Positions 1 through 12,166 of a DNA stretch of 64,000 nucleotides are shown here, one piece after another. The position numbers and the translations under genes are program-made. The number at the start of each line of letters is the position of its first letter. Positions within the stretch are counted from its first letter, which is position 1. Source of the DNA: Gekko japonicus. Its lineage: Eukaryota. The notes beneath the pieces were generated by a model. That model searched no databases. It saw only the letters and a program-made list of their open reading frames with translations, and was not told where the DNA came from. Location: NCBI RefSeq assembly GCF_001447785.1, contig NW_015163615.1, forward strand, positions 705,433 to 769,432. Direction: 5' to 3'.

Positions 1-49
1 GGCAGTTTCAGCCTTTGTTACTTAATAACCCATTAAATAGATAAAGATG

Positions 50-213
50 GGTAGCCACGCTAATCTCTCAGTAGCAGTGGAAAAGAGCAAGAGTCCAGTA
101 GCACCTTAAAAACTAACACAATTTGTGGCAAGATATGAGCTTTCACGAGGTCACCGTTCATACCTTGCCACACATGTTGTTAGTCTTTAAAGTGCTACCG
201 GACTTTTGCTCTT
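50..213. mobile_element. Palindromic Penelope-derived repeat, central ribozyme core deleted
   Basis: Arms AAGAGCAAGAGTCCAGTAGCACCTTAAAAACTAACAC / GTTAGTCTTTAAAGTGCTACCGGACTTTTGCTCTT are inverted copies; same family as 26565, 42713 and 53377. Confidence 0.6.
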
Positions 214-404
214 AACCAGTTAAATGTATTCCTGCTTCTTGCAGAGGACATAAGTCTTACTGGACCCTCCTGATGCTACAATCTGTGGCCTGGACAGCAT
301 ACATGAAAAAGGCTAGTGGCCTGTACATCAGAGACAGCTCTGGCTACCAAATGCAGTATCAATGCTACTGACACAGGACTGGGGCCCTCTGGTACTCCAC
401 CCCA

Positions 405-612
405 TGGTTGCCAATCTCCGTGGCAGTTGAAGATTTCCTAGAATTACAACTGATCTCCAGTTGACAGAGATCAGTTCACCTGGAGAAAATGGCCGCTTTG
501 GAAGGTACACTCTGTGGCATTATGCCCCACTGAAGTCCCTCCCCAAATCCCACCTTCTTCAGGCTCCATCCCCCATCCTCTGAGTATGTCCCAACCAAGA
601 GCTGCCAACCCT
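405..612. mobile_element. ~210-bp MITE-like non-autonomous DNA element (GGTTGCCAA...GGCAACCCT ends)
   Basis: Short terminal inverted repeats; related copies at ~8965-9121 and 9652-9846/11493-11512. Confidence 0.6.
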
Positions 613-1158
613 ATTCCACCCCCATCTCTATAGTATTTCTTAGAGCCCAGATGTGTTGGAAATGTATGTGTTTGCAAGGTCTCACAATCCAGTCATTGTA
701 AGGTTAACTTGTTTACCTTGTATGCTATTATTTAGACTGACCTGGAAGGGAAACCTGGCAGACAGCCAATGTAGAGAAAGCCCACAAATCTGAGTGTTTT
801 TACAAACAATGATTGGTTAGTGTTTTCAGGTGACTTCTTTCTAGGGGTCGAGAAGAAGGAGAGATTCTCCATTACTGTTTAGAAGTTCTGTAACCATGCT
901 TTGAGAAGTAAGATGTTAGAAATGTAGCTGTTAGATATGTTTATTATTTTATAGGCTTCCTGTGTACCTTTACCCTTAGAAATAAAGTTTTTAAATCAGA
1001 AAGAAAAGTCTCCTCATTCAGTGAAGAAAGATCTATCGCAACCTCTGAATATTTAAGCATTTTTACTATTATTACCAACAAGATGCTCCCTGCAAAATGT
1101 CCTCCAAACATAATAAAAGACTGCCTCTGTAGTTTCTTCATATACTTCCTCTACTCAC

Positions 1159-4100
1159 CTTCAGGACCTCCTGGGCAGCTACCGCTCCAAAGAAGGCAGT
1201 AATAGGATTCAGGTCAGCAGTACATCCATATGCAAATGTCCGTACCAGATCGTCAGCCAGTGGCTCCTGAACTGTAGCTAGTGTCCATGCTAGCTTCACC
1301 ATGTCCTCTGCATCTGCCTGCCAATAAATATTGATAGATGAGTCTGGGCAAGATATCTTGCTAAGGACAACCATAAAGGTTATTTGAAGGAATAACGTAA
1401 TTTGCAGGAGGAAGCAACATTCTGTAGAAAAGCTCAGGGTCTGAGGAAATGGTGCAAAGTGGAAAAAGGACATGAGTTGCCAGAGAGGGGGGGGGGTCGT
1501 CTAGAGAATCTTGCCTGATTCCGAGGCTTAGGCAGTCGCTTCATTTTGCTCTGGAATAAATGGAGTGCCCAGAAGGCCATGTGAAGAGTGTGATAGCGAG
1601 ACATTTTCCCTGCATCAGGAGTCTTGATCTTGGGACTTCTCATGGAGACACGCAAGGAATCCTGGCAATACAAAGATAAATGAACAGAAGTACCTAGCTC
1701 ATGCCCCTTCCTATAAGGAAGCAATCTCAGGAACACTGAATTCCTTCCTCTATTCCATAGTTTTCTGTAACTGGTCCTTATCTCAGATAACCAGGCTGAG
1801 GCTCTAGAACATATTTCCAATTAGCCTTTCCTGTGAAGTGGAGTTCTAGGCCTCAGGTGATTCGTCCAGCTAAAAAGCACTGTCAGAATGGTAAGACTAC
1901 TCAGGCCCCATCAGGCCCTGTGTGAAGGCCTGAATCCTCTATGAAGTAGCTTGAAAGGGATAACCTTGTTTTCCCAGCCCCTGAAATCCCTCATGTTTTG
2001 AAACTAGTACATACAAACGAGTGCTGTTGAGGCATCTTGACTTGGGTGACGATCCCACCACTTTTATATGGAGAAAAGGAAGATGTGTCTCCAATTTCCA
2101 AGCTGTACTGTCCTAGATAAAGAGCACAAAAAGAATATGATCCCATTGTGTTTTCTGAGTAGGTCAACAGGACTGGAGTTAAATAAAAGCAAACAATCCA
2201 TTTGCTACTAATGCAGCCTTCGCAACACAGGTCTCCCTATTTTGTCTGAAGTCATCTTCATCTACCATACATATTAATCTCTCCTGAAATCCTCCAGCAT
2301 CCATCTGATATGAAAATAATGATGAAGCCTTCTGTACACATAGTACCCAACCATCTTTTTGTCAACGTCTTCCTTCATAAACCATTCCTTCCTATTATTG
2401 CCCTATTCCCCTCATCACACTTTCTTCTGTGAGCTGACATGAACTACCCATGCAGATATGTGGAAAAGGAAGTCGAGATCACATTACCAGCCACATGGAT
2501 TGGATGGGGCTCAAGGGTGTTAAGTTCAGTCATCCCTTCCACCTCTTTGAATGTCACCCAGTCGCCATTCTCAAACTGATGCCCTCGTCCCTGCTCATTC
2601 TCGGAGGCCACGGTCAACACGCCAGGGTAACCCTTTGAAGAAAAGATACAGGGGGAAATGTTTACTCCTGGATCAAAAGCTAATGGTCTTCATGGAAATA
2701 TATAGACTGGAAGTGGGACATGGGCAGGACAACAAAAGTCACTAGGTGCCGCCAGAGGAACGTAACTACCTGGGTTATGTGCTGAATGACAGCAGAAACA
2801 GGTTCAGCCTCAGAAGCATCATATACCACAAAGTGTTCTCCAAAATCACAGAAGAGCTGCCTAGAGTTTGGAGGAAAGGCAAAAGAGGTCATACGGCTTT
2901 CCCATAGGGGGTGCACTCTATTACCGCATCCTGCTCAAGCTGCCCCTTCACTATCATGAAAAGCCTCTTTTCACAGAGGCCCTCCCACCCTACGGTGTCC
3001 CCCAGTACTACACGGAATGCATATATGAGAGTTTCTCTCTACCGGGCTATTACTCCACCCACCATTGAAATACCCCTTCCTGGCACAAGACAGCACTCAC
3101 TTAGCACATACCCAGCCAGGCCCTTTGTGTCAGCAAGGACAAAGCAAATGTTGTTGGCATGGCAAAAATCACTGATACGCAGCTGCTCCTCCAAGGGGGA
3201 GTTGGTCAGGACCACCACCTGCAGTGAAAGTTGTAGTTTAGTGCTGGATGGGGTGAGGCTGGATGCAAGGGCCATCTACTCACAGACAGCCACAAGAAAC
3301 AGCACAGCAGAGGCACTTCCCAAACAGCTGCTCGGTATACATCCAGTATCAGACAAAGCAAGCCATGGCCGTGGCTATCCCATCCTCCTGTGCTGCTGGT
3401 GGCTGGGAGCAAGCTGAGTCTTCGCAGCATGGTTTTGGCTTGGATCCAGCTTCTGGCGAAACAGATCCAGGAGGTGCTGACAGGCAGGGGGTGCAGCCAT
3501 TACCTCCTCCCACACCACCAGCAGCCACAAGAAAGCTGAGCCCCTGCGGCACATCAGCACCCTCCTCATTGTGTTGCCTCTACCAACCGCTTGGGTGGGC
3601 TTGGGTGGAGAACCAGCCGTGACACCACAGAGCATAACACAGCTAGTCCAGCCCTCCACTGCCACGTGTGCTGAGTAGTCAGATTTTGACTCGGTGTTTC
3701 GGGTGCAGCTTTAGAACAGAATAGTTACTAGCTCTGAAGGATAACTAATCCTCGTACTGCCACTGACAAAACACTTGGCCACAGGCCTATAGCTTTGTTT
3801 GCAACTGCGGTGCAAGAAGCAGAAGCCGCCTTACTGGGCTTGGATAAAGTCCTGTGTAAACACCAGAAACTGGAAGAAGTTCCTCCAGCCTTAGAAACCT
3901 TTCTCTACCTTCATTTGGATGAAGGTGGAAGAAGGTTCTTTAGGCTGGAGGAAGACCTCAACATTTTCTAAGTGCAGCACTAGGGATGCATGCTACTGTG
4001 ATGCCCTTCAGAAGAGTCACCAAAACGGCTTCCTCTCTTCCATTGTAGGATGATGTATGGCATGAAACACACAGCTCTGTCCCTACCTGGAAGGCAGACA

Positions 4101-7100
4101 AGAAGCACTCAGACAGCCCTTGAGTATAGGCCAGCACAGGCACATAGCGGTTCAGTTCTTTAAGACGGTGCTGTGAAACCACAGCTCGATTCTGCCCCAC
4201 ATCTTCTTCGGACAGGAAGAACTGAAGAGAGACAGCAATGTTTAGAAGTGGGGTGAATCTATGGTGCTGTTACAGGCATGCCTGACACCATTTCACAGCA
4301 GAGGAAAAGTAAGAAATTTACTCTTTGTTGCTTGTCCTCTTCCCAGACTCAGTACGTTGCCTGAGGTCAGACACAAGATTTGGCTGATAGTTCCATTCCC
4401 AGACTTTATGCACCATCGAAGATATTAAAAACAGGGTGTGCCAATTGCTGAACCAGCAGAATATTGCCAGGGTTGTTTACATTCTTTGATTGCACCATGA
4501 AAGTGTGAAATTTGGTACTGGGAGTAGTAAGCAGCATCCTGAATTTATCAGCATTCATTTACTTTATAAAAACAGTTTCTGTCCCTTGTGACTGAAAAGA
4601 TAGGCTTGATAATATGTGGGCAATGCAATGCCTGAGGAAATCTCAGAAGTCAAAGTGGAGCATGGCAGTGATCAGGAGGCTTGACTTCCGTAACCTGCAG
4701 TGCCCTCCTAAGCAAAGTTGCAGCCGTTTCAGTGAACTGGGATCCATCATGAGTTTGGAAAGGAGTCGTTCTGCTCTGGACTGCACAGCTGTTATATAGG
4801 TTTTACCACCTCCCATAGCTAGAAGAAACAGAAGTATGCATAGTATTGTTACATAGTTTGTTATTAATAGGATAATGTGTTAATTTATCCAGATCCATTT
4901 CAAAATACTCTTAGCAGCGAATACATGTTCTTAACACTGGCATTGCAAAAACACTGCTCTGGTTAATGAAGACGGGTTATATATAGAAGGTATTGTTAAA
5001 AATGAGAGTACCAGGTTATGAATTTGAAGATGACCCATTAAGAAATTTAGGGTCCAATATGATAGCTAAAAAAAACCCCACTTGCAAAGTGCTGAAGTAT
5101 TACCTAACTACATAAGAAGACAGAAACTCCTGAAATGTTAATTAAATCAGCAGGCTATCACATGACAGCTTTGAAGGGGGAGGGATATGTGCCGCATTGC
5201 GGAGGAGGCAGTGATTTCACTCACTTTCCACACTTTGTGGTGGGGTGTTTTGTTTTTGGTTGCTAATGAGCTGAACTGGTGGCATATTACCATTTCATTT
5301 AGACTATTTTTAATAGCAATATAAACTGACTCATCAGACTTCACAAATTGTGCAACCTCATTTGAATTTATGGCCTAGATTACATCATAGCTCATGAAAG
5401 CAGCTAAACTATGAACAGTTATTAGTAACTGTTGTCCAACAGTAGCAGAACAGAATAAGAGCCATGCTGGATCAGACCAATGGTTCATCTAGTCTAGCAT
5501 CCTGTCTCTCACAGTGGCTAACCAGTTGCCCTGGGAGGCCCAACAACAGGGCATAGTGGCCAAGGCTTTCTCTTGATGTTGCCTCCTGCCACTGGGATTC
5601 AGAGCTTGACTGCCTCTGAATATGGAGGTTCCCCTCAGTCACTATGGCTATAAAGGCAATAGGACCAGTCAAGATGACTTGTTATGATGTAACTGGAGAT
5701 CTTGGAACACGAAATATGTCTGAAGTATAATTTGTATAAATTAACAAAATGCAGGCTTTCTTGGTACAGATTAAGGATTTTAAAAAGGTGTGTGTGGGGG
5801 GGGGACCCAAAATGTATATTACCTTAAAGCATACATTAAGAAAGTGGAAAGAAGGAACAGTACCCCTACAGCCTTTGTGAGGCAAAATATGAGAGATCCC
5901 CCCCTCCAGGATGTGGGTATAGTGCCAATAGAGGATGGGGGCTTTGCCACATGCCTGGCACTTGTGCTCCCACAAGCATACCTGTGAGGAGAGGTCACTC
6001 CACTGAGCATCATGCTGGTCATGGACAGTGACAGATTTCACTCCTGCAAGAACGATGTTCTTGGCGATCTCCACACCTAGCCCCTTCATGCCAGAGACCA
6101 GCACAGCAGCTGTAGCTATCTTCTGCATGGCCTCATAGCCCAGAACATAGCTAGAAAAAGGCACACCAGAAGAGAACCTGATTTTGTAATATGGCACATG
6201 CTTTCATTTTTTAAAAAAACATTTTTATTTTACTGTTTAAGGGGATACAAAATGAAAAAGGAGAAAGGGAAAGGTGAAGGTGAAGCATAAAACATTTGTT
6301 AAACACATTTTAAGGACATTACATAATAAAGGAATATAAGACATGAAAGAGTATGTTCGCAAAAGACTATCATAATAAATCAAAATATAGTAAAACAATC
6401 AATACTTCAACATAATATATTTCCATGTATATTTCCATTATTTCCTATCTGTAGCGCTAGGTAGGAAAACAAACAAACAAGAAACATAAAAGGTTAATAC
6501 TATCATGTAATAACTAGTAAATATGTAACTATAAAAGATTAATGATATAAGTACGAGAATATAATTATATGGTTTAGAGTATAAATCAATTTCAGTTTCT
6601 TTATAACTCCTCTATCAGCGTCTAATCTATGTAGTTTGTCTGTAGTAATTATAAAAGGCTCTCCACTTATTCTCAAATTCAGTGATTGGTTTTTTGTTTA
6701 TATAGTTCGTCATTTTCGAAATATGGCATATGCTTTCTCCAAACTTTACACCCACTTTTTCCCTGTGATTTTGTTGCCTAACATGGTTTTCCTGCCCTCA
6801 TGCCATATCAGAGCCCAACATGCCCCTTAGTCTCATCTTTAACTGTCACATAGTGCAATCCTAAACCATGTATTGAGAGGGCTTAGGATGGTGACTAAGC
6901 CTATGGTGCAAAATCCTGGAGATACTCTGTAGCCAGCCCCACCAGCATCACGCCAATGCCACACCAATGTGACCATTATGCCTGTGTAGAACTGTGTAGA
7001 ACTCTCCCTTTTCTCTCCCTTTCCCAGCATCTCTCTCTCCCTTTTCTCCTCAGAACTCCCCCCCCCCAAGGACTCTTCTATGGTTCTCTCTCAGGGCCAA

Positions 7101-8219
7101 ATACCTTTCCCCCAAATTCCAATAAACGGCCATACCCACAGGGTTTTGTAAGCATGTTATCATGGCCAATGTTGGGCACAGAATACAGTGTTTCCCTTGC
7201 CTGGTGCTTCCATGTCCTACATTGACTAGGATCTGAACCCTTGACAGAAGCACTCTGTAGTGGTTGCCCTCGATGAGCTATGGGAGTGTAGGAATGCTGT
7301 GCTGGATTAAAGGGTTGCCAGAAAAATTGAGGAAAATATCCTGTCCCATTAACAGAGACTTAATAAGGTGTTATTTACCAGGTGGTTATTTACCTCCATG
7401 CACTGAAAAGCTTCAACTGCTGATTTCTATACACTAAGCCTCTGTTAATGGGACCTTCGGCATGCAAAGTAGATATCTTCCACTGTGCCATGGCCCTTCC
7501 CTGTGGGTGGCAGCTGTGTGATATCAAGGGGCTGTGGCTATATCAGTGAGTGGCAGTTGACTGCATCCAAGATTGCCACTTACGGGAGCATTGGCACTGG
7601 CAGTACACTGCTTTGTGATTGGTGGATGTTGTTGGGGTTGCTATAGACTCTGGTTTACTCATCATGCAGTCAGATACTTGTCAAAGGGTGCTTGTGTCAT
7701 TTATTTCTCCTCTAGGGAATGGTCATATGATACTGAATAGCAGCACCACATTGTGAGTGCACCACCAGTACCAGGGTCTTAGGGCAGGGCTTCCTTTCTC
7801 CCAGCCTTCCTCCAAAATAATATATCTTCCTGTAGTGAATCTGTCTGCCCTGGCCCCTAGAACCATTACCCTATTAGTCCATCTAGGTGTTTTTTTTAGT
7901 TTCAAAACTTTATTGAAATTGATAAACAAGTACAGATTAAACAAAGAAGTAATTTCAACAATCAGTTATAAATAAGCAATTGTAACAGTAGTATAACCAA
8001 GAGTAAACTACATCGAAGGAAGAAAGATGTAACATATGCTGCTTTAGAACTAACAGAGGTCAATCAAACCAATACACAACGTTTATAGCTTCAAGAATAG
8101 ATTAAAATTCCTTTTGTTTAGCTAGCATACCTCTGCCAGCACATTTTTAATCACAAAACTCACAGTTGGCGCGAGTACAGTCCTTCGTCGATCTCTGGAA
8201 GGTTCTCTGAGGTGCTCAT
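1159..8219 (-). CDS. UBA7: Ubiquitin-like modifier-activating enzyme 7 (ISG15 E1), 5' part; the gene continues beyond the left window edge
   Basis: Nine coding exons in one continuous frame (1107 nt): 8164-8219 ([19 protein letters not shown]), 5982-6150 ([33 protein letters not shown]), 4087-4221, 3112-3218, 2770-2860, 2488-2632, 2015-2112, 1515-1661, 1159-1317 (..AAQEVLK). E1-family motifs are clear. The short N-terminus, divergence from UBA1, 3p21-type neighbours and an upstream ISRE favour UBA7 over UBA1. Confidence 0.88.
5450..5655 (-). mobile_element. CR1-type LINE 3' UTR fragment
   Basis: Resembles the reverse complement of the CR1 3' end at 34150-34320 (ctggatcagaccaatggttcatctagtctagcatcctgtctctcacagtggc). 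Confidence 0.55.
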
Positions 8220-9651
8220 TTTGCTCCTATCCATCAGACAGAAGGGAATCAGTAAATTCCTTAAGGCAAACTTCTTCCCCTTTTTCTTGTTAAGGATTTA
8301 GGAGGCCATTTAAGCTCCAAGGCTAGACTCTGACTTTTTATCATATCCCATTTGTAAATATATCAAGTTACCGCTTGTCCTTTTAAAGTACACCCTGTGG
8401 GTAGTGTGGAAGTTTCATAAATCCACATTACACATTGCCTCCATATGACACGCTGCTGCTTTAACCCCAACCACCATATAGGACACTGTTCATTATTTTG
8501 TCTGAGCATGTCCACCTTTCTGTTTCTCTCTCTTCCTCCTTTTTCTTTTACCCTCTCCTTAAAAAATTGCTTTAAAAGACAGCTGTAAATGGCAAACGTA
8601 CAATTGAAGTGAACCACCATAGATTTGGGTGCCAGCTTGTCAGCTGAAGACCAGTGTTTTGGATTTTGCTGGGAATCTCATTTCTAAAAGGATGACTTGA
8701 AAACAGAGAGTTGCCACCTGGGGTCTTTGGTGCATACATGTACAATTCAATTATGTTCTACTAAGAATAAGGCCCATTGTGGAAATAAATACAATGAGCT
8801 CTAAGAAAGAGGCTCTGGGTGGGTGCCCTGACCTTGAGCACTCAGCATCAATTTCCTGTGGCAACCTCAGCAGGGTATAATGACACATAGTCCACCGTTT
8901 TCTCCAGAGGGACTGATCTCTGCCATCTGAAGAGCAGTTGTAATCTTCAGCCCTCATCTGGAGATTGGCAACAATAGTTCCCCAGAAGGAACTGGCTGGT
9001 TTGGAGGATGGACTCTATGGCATTCTATTCAGCTGAGACCTCTCCCCTCCTCTAACTCTGGCTTCTGTAGACTCCACCGTAAAATCTCCAGGAATTTCCC
9101 GACCTGGAGCTGGCAATCCTAGTCAGGACTGGCCCCAATGAGTTCCCCACAAAGGCCAAAGTAGGCCTGGATTGGGCCTCTTGCCTTTTCCTTTTTACTG
9201 ACAGAACCAAGCTTGGTTGCCTAGCAACAGCCACTGAGGGAAAAGTTAGCCCCACAGGAGCCAAGCAGGAGAAGCATCTTCATCAGGAGAGACAGCCGTT
9301 TTGGCCATTTATTCTGTCAGGGAAGTGGCCAGGCTGGCAGTGGGCGAGTGAGAAAATCAGACCTAGCACCCAACCAATGGCACATGAGAACTCTTGAGTG
9401 GCAGCTGATGGGCCAATGGCTGATGGAGCACACAGCAGAGCCAATGGGAGAGCTGGAAAGTGCCAATACATTAGGGCTTTTATATATATCAGATTCTATC
9501 TGAGCATTGAATGAACCCATTACATATCTCAAGCAATCCACACCTTAGCTTAGCACTCACCTGACTAGACAACAAGAAAATAACCCTAAAAACCCAACAG
9601 AAAGGTGCACAGCTAACTGGGGATAGGACCCTAAAGTACACTGTATTTAAA

Positions 9652-9846
9652 TAGTTACCAACCTCCAGGTGGCACCTGGAGATCTCCCACGATTACAGCT
9701 GATCTCCAGATGACCAAGATCAGTTTCCCTGGATAAAATGACTACTTCGGAGGGCGGACTCTATGGCATTATACTCTGCTGAACTCTCTCCCCTCCTCCA
9801 CACCCCCTCCTCAGGCTCCACCCACAAAATTTCCAGGTATTTCCCA
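9652..9846. mobile_element. MITE of the 405-612 family, split by the ORF1-only element; its end resumes at 11493-11512
   Basis: Shared internal sequence with 405-612; the terminal ctggcaacccta lies after the second TSD. Confidence 0.65.
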
Positions 9847-11477
9847 TCTTCCGGTCGACGGAACAGCGATGGCGGACGCTCTCCTCACAACGGAGGAGGG
9901 CAAATCGCACACCAGCGGTCTGGAGAGGTGCCACCTCAAGTGACACCCCCGTGGAGCCTTTGTGATAGGCTCCAGGCCAGGGGGCTTTTGAGGGGTAGCC
10001 TCTTCAATAGCGTAATGCTGGAGAATTAAGGCTCCACTCCGCCCCGATGGTCCAGTCACTGAGTGGCCTTCGGGCACAAGCTGGACTGACCGGGACAAGC
10101 GCCGGAGATCAAGCGGAATGGCGTAAAACTGAGCGTGGTCAGATAAACTGGCCGATAATGAATGTGAGTTTTAAATAAAACGGAGTAGTTTGAAAAGCGA
10201 TCCCCCCCCCGCAATCGGAAACAGAGATTGAAAACAGGGACGCCTCTTTTGAGAATGAGTGGTTAACGGACACGAAGGGGGAGAGGGGAGGAAGTAAACC
10301 AAAAGTGTTTTGAGAAATTTATCTGAATTGCGAAGTCCTTTGGCAAGTTTTCCAAGTTATGTGGGAGCGGTAGAAACTGTAAACAAAACGGGAAAGATGG
10401 CGGTCCAGCAGAGAAAGTTTAAAACAAAACCGGGCAGTCAGAGTCCGAGACCGGAAGAGGGAGCAGATGTCCTCAAACTCCTGGCGGATATGCTTAAGCC
10501 GGTGATGGAACAACTCGATGGTATTAACCAGCAATTGACTGTGATGAATAAAAATTTTGCAGCACAGCAGCTCCAGCTTAAAACAGAGAAAAAAGTGGAG
10601 CAGGCAAATGAGAAAATTAAAGAGATAGACACCACAAGCAAGAAGTTGAAGAAAAGGATGGGAGAGGTGGAAACGAAGCAGAATTGCCAAGAGAACCGAG
10701 TCTTACAGCTAAATAACACCGGATGAACTTGTAAATGAAATGGAGGTAGCCTATAGGGCATACTCCAATTACATTAAAAAAAATAGCCTACCTGGAGAAA
10801 TAGTGGTCAAGTTTGCAAGAAGACAAACTAGGGACACCATTTTAAAAGCAACTTCAGCAACTCCACTGAAAATGGGAAATGTAACCATCAAAACTTTAAA
10901 GGACATTCCATTTGAAATTAGACAAAAGAGGAAAAATTACAAGGACCTAATTTCTTTTCTTCAAACAAATGGGATATCGTACAGATGGGCAGTTCCGGAA
11001 GGTGTCATCTTTAAGATCAACGATAGTGGGAAGCAGTAGTCTCTCAGGGTTCATAGGAGACTTCCAGACAATACATCCTCCTCCTGCACATCTGTAGCAA
11101 TAAGCATTTCAGCACAGGCAGAACAGCAGAGATAGGAATGCAATAGCAACTACCAAGACACAGAATGAACTCCCCAACCCCCATGGCAGCATAGCTGACA
11201 ATGGCCTTTTGAAGAGAAGAATAGAAGATGATCAGAGATTTCTCTCATAACAACTAATAAAATAACATATGAACAGTGAACTGTTATAAGCAAGAACTCT
11301 ACAAGTATATTGTGATATTAACACTAACAGTACTAACAGTGAAAGCATCTCCTCCTCTTGGGGTTTTAGTTTAGTGTGGTTTGCTTTCCTTTCTCCTTAG
11401 TTGTAGTCCCTTTCCTAATATTTCTTTGTAGTTTTGCAAAATAAAAAATATCCCTCCGGGGACTTAAAAAATAATAA
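9847..11477 (+). mobile_element. ORF1-only L1-clade retroelement (HAL1-like or internally deleted L1)
   Basis: 15-bp TSD TCCAGGTATTTCCCA at 9832-9846 and 11478-11492. CpG-rich 5' UTR; ORF1 coiled coil from ATG 10397; ORF1 RRM/CTD 10740-11039 (IVVKF..RDTILK..KDIP..RQKR..YRWAVP); no ORF2; A-rich tail. Confidence 0.8.
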
Positions 11478-11664
11478 TCCAGGTATTTCCCAACCCGTAG
11501 CTGGCAACCCTATATCTGAATTCAACATGTGGAATGGCATAAATGCCAACAAGAGGCACAGTACCCACAAGCAGGATAGCCCCATAGAGCGTCAGCCCCA
11601 AGGTCTGTCTGAAGATGTGTAAATCTTCTGACTCTTTCCTGCAGGGGGGAATTAAAAATCTTAC

Positions 11665-11760
11665 CTAAGCTGAGAGCTGCCTCCGCTATCTGTTCTATCC
11701 AATACGTACTTGTGATGCCAAGAACACCACAGCGCTAAGGATTCGCTAGAAAACACCCGG
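11665..11760 (-). other. UBA7: Putative non-coding first exon of UBA7
   Basis: Strong minus-strand donor AG|GTAAGA with the exon end at 11665, in a CpG-rich region just downstream of an ISRE. The first coding exon has an acceptor at 8227-8228. The 5' end is approximate. Confidence 0.5.
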
Positions 11761-11775
11761 GTTTTCGTTCCCTGG

Positions 11776-11792
11776 TAAACGAAAGTGAAACT
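11776..11792. promoter_or_regulatory. Interferon-stimulated response element (ISRE/IRF-E)
   Basis: TAAACGAAAGTGAAACT contains the consensus GAAANNGAAACT at 11781-11792, immediately upstream of the putative UBA7 exon 1. Confidence 0.75.
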
Positions 11793-12020
11793 AAAGGACA
11801 ATAGGTAGGCGGACGCGCAACTCCGTTTCTGCAACTCTGTGTACAAGTAAACGCGTTTGAGAGAGCTGCTCAATAACCATTGCCCGCACGACACACACGG
11901 TTATTTTTGCTATGTTCCGCTACGAACTTAGCTAAACGAATTCTGCGGCTTTTTTTTCCGGGTAGCACACAAAACCCAGTTCGCGGCACCTGCTCCTCAA
12001 AACCCGCAGTATAGGGTTTT

Positions 12021-12057
12021 TGTCTGAAGAAGTGTGTTTTGCACACGAAAGCTTACA
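12021..12057 (+). ncRNA. Minimal type I hammerhead ribozyme motif (Penelope-associated)
   Basis: TGT-CTGAAGA-A-GTGTG-TTTTG-CACAC-GAAA-GCTT-ACA: stem I TGT/ACA, CUGANGA core, stem II GTGTG/CACAC, GAAA, palindromic AGCU helix III. Followed by the family arm (aaactttgttggtctt). Confidence 0.6.
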
Positions 12058-12166
12058 CTTTGACTAAAACTTTGTTGGTCTTGACTCATATTTGTTCTCC
12101 CGCCCCATAGGATATAACTTTAGGTACAGCCTTGCTGAGGGGGCGGGGGCCGTCTCTTCAGGGCTC

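Noticed and set aside
1159-8219. Calling the E1 gene UBA1
   Set aside because: It lacks the UBA1 N-terminal extension, is too divergent for the highly conserved UBA1, and has 3p21-type neighbours plus an ISRE. A phylogeny would be decisive.
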